Source: a virus. From it: a stretch of 64,000 nt of DNA. A program made the translations under genes and the position numbers. Below, piece by piece: positions 36,659 to 47,081 of the stretch (position 1 is the first letter of the stretch; every line of letters starts with the position of its first letter). The notes under the pieces were generated by a model. It worked only from the letters and a program-made list of their open reading frames with translations. It did no database searches and was not told where the DNA came from. The DNA lies in the IMG/VR virus record IMGVR_UViG_3300007513_002727, positions 1 to 64,000 of that record. One strand, 5' to 3'.

Positions 36659-37525
36659 ATGCAAAGCATAGAACTAACAAAACCAGTAACTACAGAGTCA
36701 TTACTATCCGAGTTTGAAAGTAGATTTAATCAAACTATGGATTTAAGCAAATTTACTAGAGAAGAGTTAGAAGATACTGCAAATAAAATTAGAACTAGAA
36801 TTCACGACATTACACAAAATGAACATTTTGGACAAGAATTAAAAAATCATGACTATCAAAAAAATCAAAGTATGTTAGATATTATTAATCAATCAATTAA
36901 AGAGTATGGGTCAGACACAGCAGAAAATCCAGTTTTAAACAAAGCAACAGCACCAATCAAAGACAAACTTAGAAAAGGACAAGCATTAAGTCCAGATGAA
37001 AGAGGAGCGGCGGCAAAACTTATGGCAAGTAAAGAAGTTAAAGAAGGCGTAGAAGAACAATCAGAATTAATTTTAGCGGCTAAAGATATGATGGACAAAG
37101 TTACAGGGTATCTAGAAGATTTAGCAACAATGAAAACTGAAAGTATGTTAGAACTTGCTGATAGAATTAGAGACGAAATGGGAGCAGAAAAGTCAGATGC
37201 TTTCTTACAAAAAGTTCAACCAGCTATTGAACAAGCAGAAGCAACACTAGGAACAACAAGACAAGAACTTGACAACGGTGTAAGAATATTGACCGGCGAA
37301 GAAGTTGCATCAGACCCTATGGGTTCTGATGATTCCATGAATATGGACGAACCAGACACAGACCTAGGAGGAGACGTAGACCTAGGAGGAGACGCTGAAA
37401 CAGATGAGTTTGGCGCTTCTGATGCAGAAGCAGGTGGAACAGAACCTGAAGGCAGAGAACAAAGAGAATCCAGAGAAGTATTTGAAACTTCAAACAGAAT
37501 CTACGGCAAACTAGCAGGGAAGTAA
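36659..37525 (+). CDS. putative prohead core or scaffold-like protein
   Basis: Acidic coiled coil, ELILAAKDMMDK, acidic low-complexity tail; TAAATA-N5-ATG. Confidence 0.55.
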   Translation: MQSIELTKPVTTESLLSEFESRFNQTMDLSKFTREELEDTANKIRTRIHDITQNEHFGQELKNHDYQKNQSMLDIINQSIKEYGSDTAENPVLNKATAPIKDKLRKGQALSPDERGAAAKLMASKEVKEGVEEQSELILAAKDMMDKVTGYLEDLATMKTESMLELADRIRDEMGAEKSDAFLQKVQPAIEQAEATLGTTRQELDNGVRILTGEEVASDPMGSDDSMNMDEPDTDLGGDVDLGGDAETDEFGASDAEAGGTEPEGREQRESREVFETSNRIYGKLAGK

Positions 37526-37529
37526 TCCC

Positions 37530-37880
37530 ATGCGATTTTTCGAATTTAAAAATAAAGATTTAGAATCAGCATTAGTTAATACCTTAATGAATATGAAAGG
37601 TGATGCTGATAAAAAAGATCAATCATCAGAAATAAGTTTTGATGCTGTTGACAATATAATGACTAACATAGGTTATCCATCATTCAATTATGATATTTTT
37701 AAACAGATGTATGACCAAGGTGAAGCACTAAAAAACATTGTCGCAGATTTTGATGAAGAAAAGATTGTAATTAAAACAGAACAAGACGCAGAAGCAGATC
37801 CAGAAATGGACTTTGATAATCAAGGTTCTACAGATAAAGTAAAGCAGATGGCCAAGTCTGCGATGAACCGAAGAAAATAG
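37530..37880 (+). CDS. putative head-associated protein
   Basis: MRFFE leader; VKQMAKSA C-terminus. Confidence 0.6.
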   Translation: MRFFEFKNKDLESALVNTLMNMKGDADKKDQSSEISFDAVDNIMTNIGYPSFNYDIFKQMYDQGEALKNIVADFDEEKIVIKTEQDAEADPEMDFDNQGSTDKVKQMAKSAMNRRK

Positions 37881-37898
37881 CAGATAACTAACATTACA

Positions 37899-38318
37899 AT
37901 GAATAATAACCTTCGGCAGGTGGATCTTGTATCAACAACGAAAGGTTTGTTGAACCTTCATCAATTTTGGAACAAACCTATTGTGGTATTCAACAGTGCA
38001 TCTTTCTGTGGCTTTACTAATCAGTTGTCCGCTTTTGAAGAACTGCACAAGACAGGCAAAGTAATACCTATTGCCCTGCCAACAAATGAATTTGGTGCCC
38101 AAGAACCTGGACACTCTCTAGAAATCAATCAACACTACTGTAAGAAATACAACGTGACATATCCAATAATGGACAAGACAGATCTAGAACATAAATTTTT
38201 TAAAACTTTTGGCATACCAGACTGGAACTTCAATAAATGGTTATTTGATTCTAAACACAATTTTGTTAAGAAGTTTAACAGTAGAACCCAACCAATGAAA
38301 ATGCTTGAATATGTCTGA
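37899..38318 (+). CDS. Cys-type glutathione peroxidase family protein
   Basis: NSASFCGFT, LPTNEFGAQEPG, WNFNKWL. Confidence 0.88.
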   Translation: MNNNLRQVDLVSTTKGLLNLHQFWNKPIVVFNSASFCGFTNQLSAFEELHKTGKVIPIALPTNEFGAQEPGHSLEINQHYCKKYNVTYPIMDKTDLEHKFFKTFGIPDWNFNKWLFDSKHNFVKKFNSRTQPMKMLEYV

Positions 38319-39579
38319 TACATTTTGCACTTATCCGTTTAAACATCTCTACATAGAAACCAATGGACGACAGAAGTTGTGTTGTATGCCTAACGAGTTC
38401 ATAGAAAAGAATGATGGATACAGACAGTACCAAATGAAGGATGGGATCTTTTCTAGTTGGAACAGCGACTACATGAAAGACACAAGGTTGAAAATGCTTA
38501 ACGGACAAAAAGTTAGTGCCTGTGAAAAATGTTACTTACTAGAATCTCATGGACAAAAAAGTTTAAGGCAAAACGGCGGACGAGGTAAGCCGGAATGGTT
38601 TAAAGATGATATAGAGTCCAATGGCACTATGAAGACCATGCCGACTGATATAGAACTGCACTTTGGAAACGTCTGCAACTTGAAATGTAGGATGTGCAGT
38701 CATTATTTCTCACACATGATCGGCAAAGAGCTGTTGGCTGTGCAACAAGATGATCCAGATTTTTTCCGTTGGATACAGGAGCAAGGAGGCAACGTTAATA
38801 ATTGGGCCACTGGAGATTTGACAGAAGTCTATGACTGGTACAAGGACAAGTCTGTATTAGAAAACACGTTTGAAGAAATATACAATCATGTACAAAGTAT
38901 AAGAGTGATTGGTGGAGAACCAACAATTATTCCTGAGTTCTGGCAGATGTTCAAATATCTCAAATCCAAGAACAGTCTCAAAGACAAGTTTATAAAAATC
39001 ACCACAAACGGTACTAACACAAATCCAAAGATGACCGAATGGTTTGCTGAAATGAAAGGTGTAGAGATTATGATAAGTCTCGACGGACTTGATCTTAGAA
39101 ACAGGTATATCAGGTACCCATCAAACTGGCAGGCAATAATGAAGAACATTAGAGAATACAAAGCAATCGCAAACCTACATCCATCTGTGAGACCATTTGT
39201 GGCACCAACGCCACAAATATTAAATGTAGATCAATTAACTGATTTCTGTATATTCTTCGAGAACGAAGAAGTCGCCGTTGGAATAAATCCAGATGTTGTC
39301 AGTCCCAAGATATGTAATTTTAATTATTTCCCAATGGAGTATAAAAAGATTGTAGTTGATAAATTGAACACTAACCTCGCAAAGGTCAAAAACAACACCA
39401 ACAGAACACACATTGAAAACACTATTAAAGTCCTACAGCAAGATTTCAATAAACAAGAAATAGATCAAAACATAAGAAACTTTGTCAAATACAACGATTA
39501 CATGGATAAGTTTAGAAACACAGATTCATGGAGAGACTTGTTACCAGAACTTGCAGAAGTTATAGAAAAAAGATTATAG
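38311..39579 (+). CDS. radical SAM protein with N-terminal twitch/SPASM-like domain
   Basis: FC.YPF...LCC...CEKC; CNLKCRMC; GGEP; TTNG; YIRYPS. Confidence 0.9.
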   Translation: MSDTFCTYPFKHLYIETNGRQKLCCMPNEFIEKNDGYRQYQMKDGIFSSWNSDYMKDTRLKMLNGQKVSACEKCYLLESHGQKSLRQNGGRGKPEWFKDDIESNGTMKTMPTDIELHFGNVCNLKCRMCSHYFSHMIGKELLAVQQDDPDFFRWIQEQGGNVNNWATGDLTEVYDWYKDKSVLENTFEEIYNHVQSIRVIGGEPTIIPEFWQMFKYLKSKNSLKDKFIKITTNGTNTNPKMTEWFAEMKGVEIMISLDGLDLRNRYIRYPSNWQAIMKNIREYKAIANLHPSVRPFVAPTPQILNVDQLTDFCIFFENEEVAVGINPDVVSPKICNFNYFPMEYKKIVVDKLNTNLAKVKNNTNRTHIENTIKVLQQDFNKQEIDQNIRNFVKYNDYMDKFRNTDSWRDLLPELAEVIEKRL

Positions 39580-40872
39580 GTCTTTAACAATATCGTATAT
39601 CTGTGGATAAACTTTCTTCCAGTTAGTACCTCTCCTACGATCTAACTCTGTCAAATAGATTTTCAGTTGTTTTTGTCTTATAAGACTAGGTTCTCTATTT
39701 TCAAACTCAATCATATTACCTTCCATAAATTTTTTATGATTTACCTTAACTGAATCTGGGTAACCATAAGAATTAGTATCAAACAACTCTATTGCTTCTT
39801 GTAATCCCCATTCGTTAATTTTTTTACCAAATATTCCAGGATACAAATAAGGCTTAGGCCCAATATCATGCTGGTTTGCTTTCATCATACTCCAATACAC
39901 AGGTCTAATCTTTGACCAGTTGTTAATCATTTTAACCATTTCAGGCATACCTGATACTGCTGTCACTGTTAATGCAGAATTTATTCCTTGTAACGTTTCT
40001 GTTTCATTTAACACATATTCAAAATTCTTTTGCAATAATGGTAAGTTAATTCCAGTACGCACATACTCTCCTGCAGGTCCCCAAGCATCACATGATGCAA
40101 TAATCTGTAGTTTATCTAATCTACCTTGCTTAACCATTTTATCTAATCTACTAACCCACATTTTATATCTATCGTGTTCTACATTATGATTACTAAAAAA
40201 GCATAAAGTTAAATCAGGCAGTTCCCTTTTCTCTAAAAACTCTATAAATCTAAATGTTTCTTTTTGTAAAAATGGTTCTCCTCCTAATACAAAAACTTTA
40301 TGTAATTTGTGTATATTATTTTCAAACCATTTAAACAATAATTCTGTATGCTCTTCTATCTTAGGATTCTTTTTCCACCATGGACTTATATCAACTCCTT
40401 CTTTATTAAAGTCTCCAAATTTTTCTTCTTCTTGTTGTATTTGTGAACTAAAATGAGCACCACAATAGATACATTTTTGATTACAAGTATTTCCCCAATA
40501 CACTTCTAATTGCCTTGGAGTAACATCAACTGCTTCTAAATCATTATCCAACTCCGGTGGAGCAGTAGTACCTTCCAAGTGTAGATGTATTTGTCTGTCA
40601 CTAGTTCCACCAGCTTCTTCAATGTGTTTACAGTGTTCACAACCACGTCCTGGCCATTCACCTTTTAACATTTTACGTCTTGCTTCTAACTTGGCCGGTA
40701 AGTTATGAAAATTTAATTCACCATTACGTATTTCTAATGGATCTCCCTGTACTCTGTGACAACTTGCACTTACTCCATCCGTAAGATATACTGTGGAATG
40801 TGTCCACTTTAACTGACATGGTAATCCTTTTTTAATAGGAAACGGTTTTGGTGGTTGCTTTGATATACCCAT
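39574..40872 (-). CDS. radical SAM protein with N-terminal Cys cluster
   Basis: PC.LKW...SCH...GCEHC; CNQKCIYC; GGEP; start revised to MGISKQ. Confidence 0.9.
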   Translation of the reverse strand: MGISKQPPKPFPIKKGLPCQLKWTHSTVYLTDGVSASCHRVQGDPLEIRNGELNFHNLPAKLEARRKMLKGEWPGRGCEHCKHIEEAGGTSDRQIHLHLEGTTAPPELDNDLEAVDVTPRQLEVYWGNTCNQKCIYCGAHFSSQIQQEEEKFGDFNKEGVDISPWWKKNPKIEEHTELLFKWFENNIHKLHKVFVLGGEPFLQKETFRFIEFLEKRELPDLTLCFFSNHNVEHDRYKMWVSRLDKMVKQGRLDKLQIIASCDAWGPAGEYVRTGINLPLLQKNFEYVLNETETLQGINSALTVTAVSGMPEMVKMINNWSKIRPVYWSMMKANQHDIGPKPYLYPGIFGKKINEWGLQEAIELFDTNSYGYPDSVKVNHKKFMEGNMIEFENREPSLIRQKQLKIYLTELDRRRGTNWKKVYPQIYDIVKDL

Positions 40873-40890
40873 TTGTATATAATTATGTAT

Positions 40891-41595
40891 ATGAAAATCT
40901 CCGAAGATGTTCTTAAAAGCAAAGGTATAGCATATATACAAAAATTTCCATACAATGAATTGTCTAAAACATCTAAAAATGGTAAAAGATATTACTCTAC
41001 TCCAGATGGTAGAACAGTACCTTCTGTGACCACAGTGTTATCTGCTACTAAAGACATGACACAATTACACGCATGGCGTAAAAGAGTTGGTGAAGCAAGA
41101 GCACAACAAATTACAACAGAGTCAGCTAACATTGGAACAGTGATGCACGGCTCATTAGAAAAACACGTAAAAGGTATTGAAAGAAAACCTGGGTCAAATC
41201 TTATACATCAAAAAGCACACGCAATGGCAAATGTTATTATTGATAATGGATTAAAAAATGTTAGTGAAGTATGGGGATCAGAAGTATCATTACACTACCC
41301 AGAATTATATGCAGGAACAACTGACTTGGTTGGTGTATATAAAGGTGAACCGGCTATAATGGATTTCAAACAAGCACGTAAATTAAAAAAGAAAGAATGG
41401 GTAGAAGATTACTATCTTCAATTGGTTGCATATTCTGAAGCACATAATAAACAATACGACACGCAAATTAAATCAGGTAGAGTCTTTATATGCACACAAA
41501 ACAACGAATTTCAAACATTTGATATAGACAACTATGACCATTGGGTAGGACAATGGTATAGTAAATTGGAACAATACTACAAGTCTATCCTTTAA
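40891..41595 (+). CDS. PD-(D/E)XK exonuclease (Cas4/MGME1-like phage exonuclease)
   Basis: PSVTTVL, GTVMH, YAGTTD, IMDFK, QLVAY; TTGCTT-17-TATAAT promoter. Confidence 0.88.
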   Translation: MKISEDVLKSKGIAYIQKFPYNELSKTSKNGKRYYSTPDGRTVPSVTTVLSATKDMTQLHAWRKRVGEARAQQITTESANIGTVMHGSLEKHVKGIERKPGSNLIHQKAHAMANVIIDNGLKNVSEVWGSEVSLHYPELYAGTTDLVGVYKGEPAIMDFKQARKLKKKEWVEDYYLQLVAYSEAHNKQYDTQIKSGRVFICTQNNEFQTFDIDNYDHWVGQWYSKLEQYYKSIL

Positions 41596-41640
41596 TAAAT
41601 AACGTTAAATGTTTAAATATATTAAAGGAATTATATAATC

Positions 41641-43251
41641 GTGCCAATAGTGAGCATCTCAAGAATTCAGCACAGACGTGGAAAAGCCACTGATCTACCG
41701 CAATTAGCGGCTGGAGAATTAGGATGGTCTATTGACGATCAAAAATTATACATAGGCAATGGCACCGTAGCCGATGGAGCTCCAGCAGTAGGCAACACAG
41801 AAATAATGACTTCTGGCAGTTCAGGATTTACAACTGCTTTATCATATGTTTATAAAGGATACTTAGGAGATTCAACACCAATAACAACTGGTGCTACTGG
41901 AGATGTTAGTAGAACATTACAAGCAACATTAGATGATCACGTTTCGGTTAAGGCATTTGGTGCTGTAGGAGATGGATCAACAGCAGATGTAGTAGCAATA
42001 CAAAGAGCACTTGATGAACTGTATTCAGAAACAGATCAAGACGACGTACGATCAAGAAGAATTTTATTTTTTCCAGCAGGAACATACAACATAGCAACTT
42101 CAATAACTATTCCACCTTATGCACATTTAGTAGGTGAAGGTCCAGGCAAAACAATTTTATATCAAGCAGGTGGAAACGCACCTGTGGCAGTTACCGAAGA
42201 TGATGACGGACAAGTATTTGGAAGTATAGGTAATAGTGGTGCAACTACTCCAACACAAATTCAAATACAAGGAATTTGTTTTAAAAATGGTGAAGCATAT
42301 GGTGGACTATCTATTGACAATGCAACTCACGTTTATCTTAAAGACTGTAAATTTCAAGGAACATATGCGGCAAGTGGTGCAGACGCATCAAATTCAAAAG
42401 GTGTTACAGTAAGAAGTACAACTGCTTTACCTTGTTCAAATATTGTATTTGATCAATGTCAATTTTCAAAATTTGCAAGACTAGTAGATATGTCTTATGA
42501 TGTAACAAGTGTAAGATTTAATAATTGTGATTTTACAATTTCTTATTATGGAGCGATGTTAGGTGAAACAATGGATGGCTCTACAAATGGATTAACTAAA
42601 GGACCAAGAAATGTTCAATTTAATTCTTCTAGTTGGAGTTCAATTGGACAACAAGCAATTTATGTTAAACCAGCCGCTGGAGCAGATTCAGGAACAGGAG
42701 CAAGAAATATTATTTCACATGGTAACTGGTTTGCATCAACAGTTGCAAATAATTTCGAAGGTGTTGGATCAATTAGAGAAGTTCCAATTATACAATTTGA
42801 CAATGATGAATGTTCTTCTGTACTAGACTTTTTTGAAAGAACAGATTTAAGAAGAGCAGATGGTAGTTCAGAATTAAATGCCGCTCCAGAATTACAAGGA
42901 ATTGGAATAACAACCAAAGCAATTAAACAAGCAACTTTAGCAAACAACACATCGTCGGCCACTACGATATACGATTTTCCAGCATTGAATGATAAGTCAC
43001 TTTTAATAAAATATAAAATAAAAAGAGGGACTACTTACAGAGTTGGCGAACTTATAATTAACGCATCAACTACCGCAGTATCATATGATGATACATTTAA
43101 TGAAAGCAATGGTTCTGTTGGAGTAACTCTTTCAGCCGCTATGGAAAGTAAAGATTCTACAGCAGGTAATGAAACAGTAGCATTACAATACACTACAACG
43201 AACACTGGTACTGATGCTACACTGGATTATCAAGTAACTATCATAGCATAA
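41641..43251 (+). CDS. tail fibre or baseplate protein with pectin-lyase-like beta-helix
   Basis: RIQHRRG..LPQLAAGELGW..LYIGNG N-terminus; VSVKAFGAVGDG..D..AIQRA..FFPAGTY. Confidence 0.8.
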   Translation: MPIVSISRIQHRRGKATDLPQLAAGELGWSIDDQKLYIGNGTVADGAPAVGNTEIMTSGSSGFTTALSYVYKGYLGDSTPITTGATGDVSRTLQATLDDHVSVKAFGAVGDGSTADVVAIQRALDELYSETDQDDVRSRRILFFPAGTYNIATSITIPPYAHLVGEGPGKTILYQAGGNAPVAVTEDDDGQVFGSIGNSGATTPTQIQIQGICFKNGEAYGGLSIDNATHVYLKDCKFQGTYAASGADASNSKGVTVRSTTALPCSNIVFDQCQFSKFARLVDMSYDVTSVRFNNCDFTISYYGAMLGETMDGSTNGLTKGPRNVQFNSSSWSSIGQQAIYVKPAAGADSGTGARNIISHGNWFASTVANNFEGVGSIREVPIIQFDNDECSSVLDFFERTDLRRADGSSELNAAPELQGIGITTKAIKQATLANNTSSATTIYDFPALNDKSLLIKYKIKRGTTYRVGELIINASTTAVSYDDTFNESNGSVGVTLSAAMESKDSTAGNETVALQYTTTNTGTDATLDYQVTIIA

Positions 43252-43367
43252 CCTGAAAACGTTGATCCTTGTCCATGGCATCATAAGTATCGTGAATATA
43301 GACACTTTGAAGAGTACTTAATCAGCTACTTAAATTCAAAGTTGTAAATAAAAATTTCATATAACCG

Positions 43368-43396
43368 GTAGACAAATTTTTTTTCATCTATATAAT
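43368..43396 (+). promoter_or_regulatory. sigma70-type promoter of nrdA
   Basis: TAGACA-17-TATAAT; a second TAAATA at 43498. Confidence 0.65.
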
Positions 43397-43541
43397 AGTA
43401 TATAATAAAATAGCAAAACGACAACCAAACTACGCACATACGGCTCATGATAAAAAGACAAAATAAAAATAAAAAACCTTGGAAAGTGAAAATACGATAA
43501 ATATGGATATACAAATCAGAGAAAAAAAATTTAAAAAATTA

Positions 43542-45935
43542 ATGACACAAACTAATTCTTCCAAAATTCAAGTAAAAAAAAGAGATGGAAGATTAGAACC
43601 TTTAGACATTAACAAAATTCATTTCGTTGTTGAAGAAGCCTGTGAAAATCTTCCAGGTGTATCAGCATCACAAATTCAAATGAATGCCAACATACAATTT
43701 TATGATGGCATGACTACAAAAGATATTCAAAATGTTTTAGTAAGATCAGCAAATGATTTAATAACTCTAGACCAACCTAACTATCAATACGCCGCGGCAA
43801 GATTACTTTCTTATGATATAAGAAAAGAAGCCCATGGACAATACGAATACATTCCGTTATTAAAATTACTTTTAAGAAATATTCGAAACAATGTTTACGA
43901 TAAAGAAATTATAGACAAGTATTCTAAAACAGAAATTAAAAAATTAAACACTTGGATAAGAAGAGACAGAGATTTAAAATTTACATATGCAGGATTAAGA
44001 CAAGTAGTAGACAAATATCTTGTACAAGATAGAAGCTCAGGACAATTATATGAAACACCACAAGATATGTATATGATGATAGCCGCAACATTGTTTGCTG
44101 ACTATCCTGAAAAAACAAGACTATCTTATGTTAAAAAATATTATGATGCAATCTCATTACACAAAATCAATATACCAACTCCAGTTATGGCAGGTGTAAG
44201 AACTCCTGTTCGTCAATTTGCGAGTTGTGTGTTGGTGGACATAGACGACACTCTACCCTCTATATTTTCTGGCGACATGGCAATTGGATTGTATGTTGCC
44301 AGAAGAGCAGGTATAGGAATTAATGCAGGACGTATTAGAGGAATTAATTCTAGAATTAGAGGTGGAGAAGTTCAACACACAGGAGTGATTCCGTTTCTAA
44401 AAAAATTCGAATCAACTGTAAGATGTTGTACACAAAACGGAGTACGTGGAGGTAACGCAACTGTCCACTTCCCAATTTGGCATCCTGAAATAGAAGACAT
44501 TCTAGTTTTAAAAAATAACAAAGGTACAGAAGATAACAGAGTAAGACGAATGGATTACTCAATACAAATTTCTAAATTGTTTTATGAAAGATTTATTAAC
44601 GATGAAGATATTAGTTTAATATCACCGCACCTTGCTCCAGGATTATATGATGCATTTGGTACAGAAGAGTTTGATGACTTATATGAAAAATATGAGGAAG
44701 ATAAAAGTATTCCAAAAAAAATTGTTAAGGCACAAGATTTATTTTTTGACCTTTTAAAAGAAAGAGCAGAGACAGGTAGAATTTATATAATGAATATAGA
44801 TCACGCAAACACACATTCAAGTTTTAAAGACAAAGTATCAATGTCAAACTTATGTCAAGAAATTACATTACCCACAACCCCTATACAACATATAGATGAT
44901 GAAAAAGGAGAAATTGCTTTATGTATTCTTTCTGCAATTAATGTTGGTGCTATAAATGATGTAAGTGAACTAGGCAACTTATGTGACGTATCAGTAAGAG
45001 CATTAGAACAAATTATTGACTATCAAAGATACCCCGTTAAAGCGGCAGAGATAAGCACTAAAGCACGAAGAAGCCTAGGCATAGGATATATAGGCTTGGC
45101 CCACTATCTAGCAAAAAATGGTGTAAAATATTCTGATCCTAAGGCTTGTGAATTAGTTGATAGACTTTCAGAAGCATTTCAATATTACCTATTAAGAACA
45201 AGTTGTGATATTGCAGAAGAAAAAGGTAAGTGTACCGCATTTGATAAAACAAAATATGCAGACGGATTGCTACCAATTGATCACTACAAAAAAGAAGTAG
45301 ATAAAATTGTACCACACAAACAAAGAATGGCGTGGGAAAGTTTAAGAAAAGATATTGCAAAATATGGATTAAGACATTCTACATTGTCAGCACAAATGCC
45401 TTCAGAAAGTTCTTCAGTTGTTAGTAATGAAACAAATGGAATTGAACCTCCAAGAGCATTACTATCCATTAAGAAAAGTAAAAAAGGTCCACTAAAACAA
45501 ATTATACCAGGTTATCCTAAACTTAAAAACGATTATACTTTATTATGGGATATGACAAGCAACGAAGGATATATTAATATTGTATCAGTAATGCAAAAAT
45601 ATTTTGATCAAGCAATATCAGGTAACTGGAGTTACAACCCTTTACAATATGAAAACAACGAGGTGCCATTATCAGTAATGGCTCAAGATATGTTAACTTC
45701 ATACAAATATGGTTGGAAAACTGTATACTATCAAAATACGTATGATTTTAAAGGCGAAGAAGAAGAGGTCCAACCAGCAGGATTAAGTGCGGTAATAGAA
45801 GATGACAACGGAGAAGACGTAGAATTACAACTATCAGATAGACAAATTGTTAACGGTCATGCTAAAGTTAATACTGGTGTAGATATTACTGCTAGTGCTA
45901 ACAACGACGAAGATTGTGACGCCTGCACAATATAA
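43542..45935 (+). CDS. nrdA: ribonucleotide reductase class Ia alpha subunit with ATP cone
   Basis: VKKRDG ATP cone, TPVMAG, ASCVL, SNLCQEI, ALCIL, MPSESSS, YYQN, C-terminal CDAC. Confidence 0.97.
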   Translation: MTQTNSSKIQVKKRDGRLEPLDINKIHFVVEEACENLPGVSASQIQMNANIQFYDGMTTKDIQNVLVRSANDLITLDQPNYQYAAARLLSYDIRKEAHGQYEYIPLLKLLLRNIRNNVYDKEIIDKYSKTEIKKLNTWIRRDRDLKFTYAGLRQVVDKYLVQDRSSGQLYETPQDMYMMIAATLFADYPEKTRLSYVKKYYDAISLHKINIPTPVMAGVRTPVRQFASCVLVDIDDTLPSIFSGDMAIGLYVARRAGIGINAGRIRGINSRIRGGEVQHTGVIPFLKKFESTVRCCTQNGVRGGNATVHFPIWHPEIEDILVLKNNKGTEDNRVRRMDYSIQISKLFYERFINDEDISLISPHLAPGLYDAFGTEEFDDLYEKYEEDKSIPKKIVKAQDLFFDLLKERAETGRIYIMNIDHANTHSSFKDKVSMSNLCQEITLPTTPIQHIDDEKGEIALCILSAINVGAINDVSELGNLCDVSVRALEQIIDYQRYPVKAAEISTKARRSLGIGYIGLAHYLAKNGVKYSDPKACELVDRLSEAFQYYLLRTSCDIAEEKGKCTAFDKTKYADGLLPIDHYKKEVDKIVPHKQRMAWESLRKDIAKYGLRHSTLSAQMPSESSSVVSNETNGIEPPRALLSIKKSKKGPLKQIIPGYPKLKNDYTLLWDMTSNEGYINIVSVMQKYFDQAISGNWSYNPLQYENNEVPLSVMAQDMLTSYKYGWKTVYYQNTYDFKGEEEEVQPAGLSAVIEDDNGEDVELQLSDRQIVNGHAKVNTGVDITASANNDEDCDACTI

Positions 45936-45950
45936 TTAAATACAACTATA

Positions 45951-47048
45951 ATGAGTAAAACTATTTTTAATCAGTCTAAGATAGACTTCACTAAACAACC
46001 AATGTTCTTTGGTGAAGATCAAAACGTACAAAGGTTTGATACCTACAAGTATCCTATATTTGATAAACTAACACAAACACAACTAGGATACTTTTGGAGA
46101 CCTGAGGAAGTATCATTACAAAAAGACAGATCAGATTACGCACAGTTCCGTCCAGAGCAAAAGCATATCTTTACATCTAATTTAAAATATCAAACACTAT
46201 TAGATAGTGTACAAGGACGTGGTCCAGTAATTGCATTTTTACCATATTGTTCACTACCAGAGTTGGAGGCTTGTATTGTTGTATGGGATTTCTTTGAAAC
46301 ACTACACTCACGTTCTTACACACATATTATTAAAAATATATATCCAAACCCAAGTGACGTACTTGATAAAATTGTAGATAACGAACAAATATTAAAAAGA
46401 GCAACATCAGTTACAAAATATTATGATGAATTTATTGAATATGCAAAACAATGGGACGTTAATGGAAAAGGATCAACAAGAGTATTAAAGAAAAAGCTAT
46501 ATCTAGCAATGGCAAATGTTAATATATTAGAAGGATTAAGATTCTATGTTTCGTTTGCTTGTACCTTTGCATTTGGTGAATTAAAACTTATGGAAGGTTC
46601 TGCTAAAATATTATCATTAATTGCACGTGATGAATCACAACACCTAGCAATTACAACACATATCATTAAAAATTGGATAAATGGTGATGACCCTGAAATG
46701 AAGCCACTTATAAAAGAATGTAAAGATGAAGTAATTAAAATGTGGAAAAATTGTATTAATGAAGAAAAACAATGGTGCAACTATCTATTCAAAGATGGAT
46801 CAATAATTGGACTTAATGAACGACTACTATCCAAATATGTAGATTTTATTGCAAATAAAAGAATGAAAGCATTAGGATTTGATCCAATATTTGATGCACC
46901 AAAACTAGATCCACTACCATGGACGCAACATTGGTTAAGTTCTAAGGGTATGCAAGTGGCTCCAATGGAAACAGAAATAGAAAGTTATATCATCGGTGGT
47001 ATCAAACACGACGTTGAAAAGGATCAATTCAGCAAATTTAAGTTATAA
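45951..47048 (+). CDS. nrdB: ribonucleotide reductase class Ia beta subunit
   Basis: FWRPEEV, LDSVQ, ETLHSRSY, EGLRFY, RDESQH, ETEIESY. Confidence 0.97.
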   Translation: MSKTIFNQSKIDFTKQPMFFGEDQNVQRFDTYKYPIFDKLTQTQLGYFWRPEEVSLQKDRSDYAQFRPEQKHIFTSNLKYQTLLDSVQGRGPVIAFLPYCSLPELEACIVVWDFFETLHSRSYTHIIKNIYPNPSDVLDKIVDNEQILKRATSVTKYYDEFIEYAKQWDVNGKGSTRVLKKKLYLAMANVNILEGLRFYVSFACTFAFGELKLMEGSAKILSLIARDESQHLAITTHIIKNWINGDDPEMKPLIKECKDEVIKMWKNCINEEKQWCNYLFKDGSIIGLNERLLSKYVDFIANKRMKALGFDPIFDAPKLDPLPWTQHWLSSKGMQVAPMETEIESYIIGGIKHDVEKDQFSKFKL

Positions 47049-47081
47049 TACGAACGGTTTTCTAAAACTATAAATACTGGT

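Noticed and set aside
37361-37395. GACCTAGGAGGAGACG direct repeat
   Set aside because: In-frame duplication (DLGGD x2) within a low-complexity protein tail.
37899-38318. Selenocysteine or stop-codon recoding
   Set aside because: The GPx active site is TGT (Cys), and known genes are full length in the standard code with TAA, TAG and TGA all used as stops.
40891-41595. Cas4 as evidence of a CRISPR system
   Set aside because: Stand-alone phage PD-(D/E)XK exonuclease with no Fe-S cysteine set and no array.
41641-43251. Diversity-generating retroelement target
   Set aside because: Only the N-terminal tail-attachment motif is similar; no RT or TR/VR repeat pair was seen.
43252-43541. NrdR boxes upstream of nrdA
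   Set aside because: I found no 16-bp CAC-N-A-N-AT-N-T-N-GTG palindrome by eye; a PWM scan is needed to confirm absence.
43542-47048. Intein or intron in nrdA/nrdB
   Set aside because: Lengths and motif order are normal and uninterrupted.
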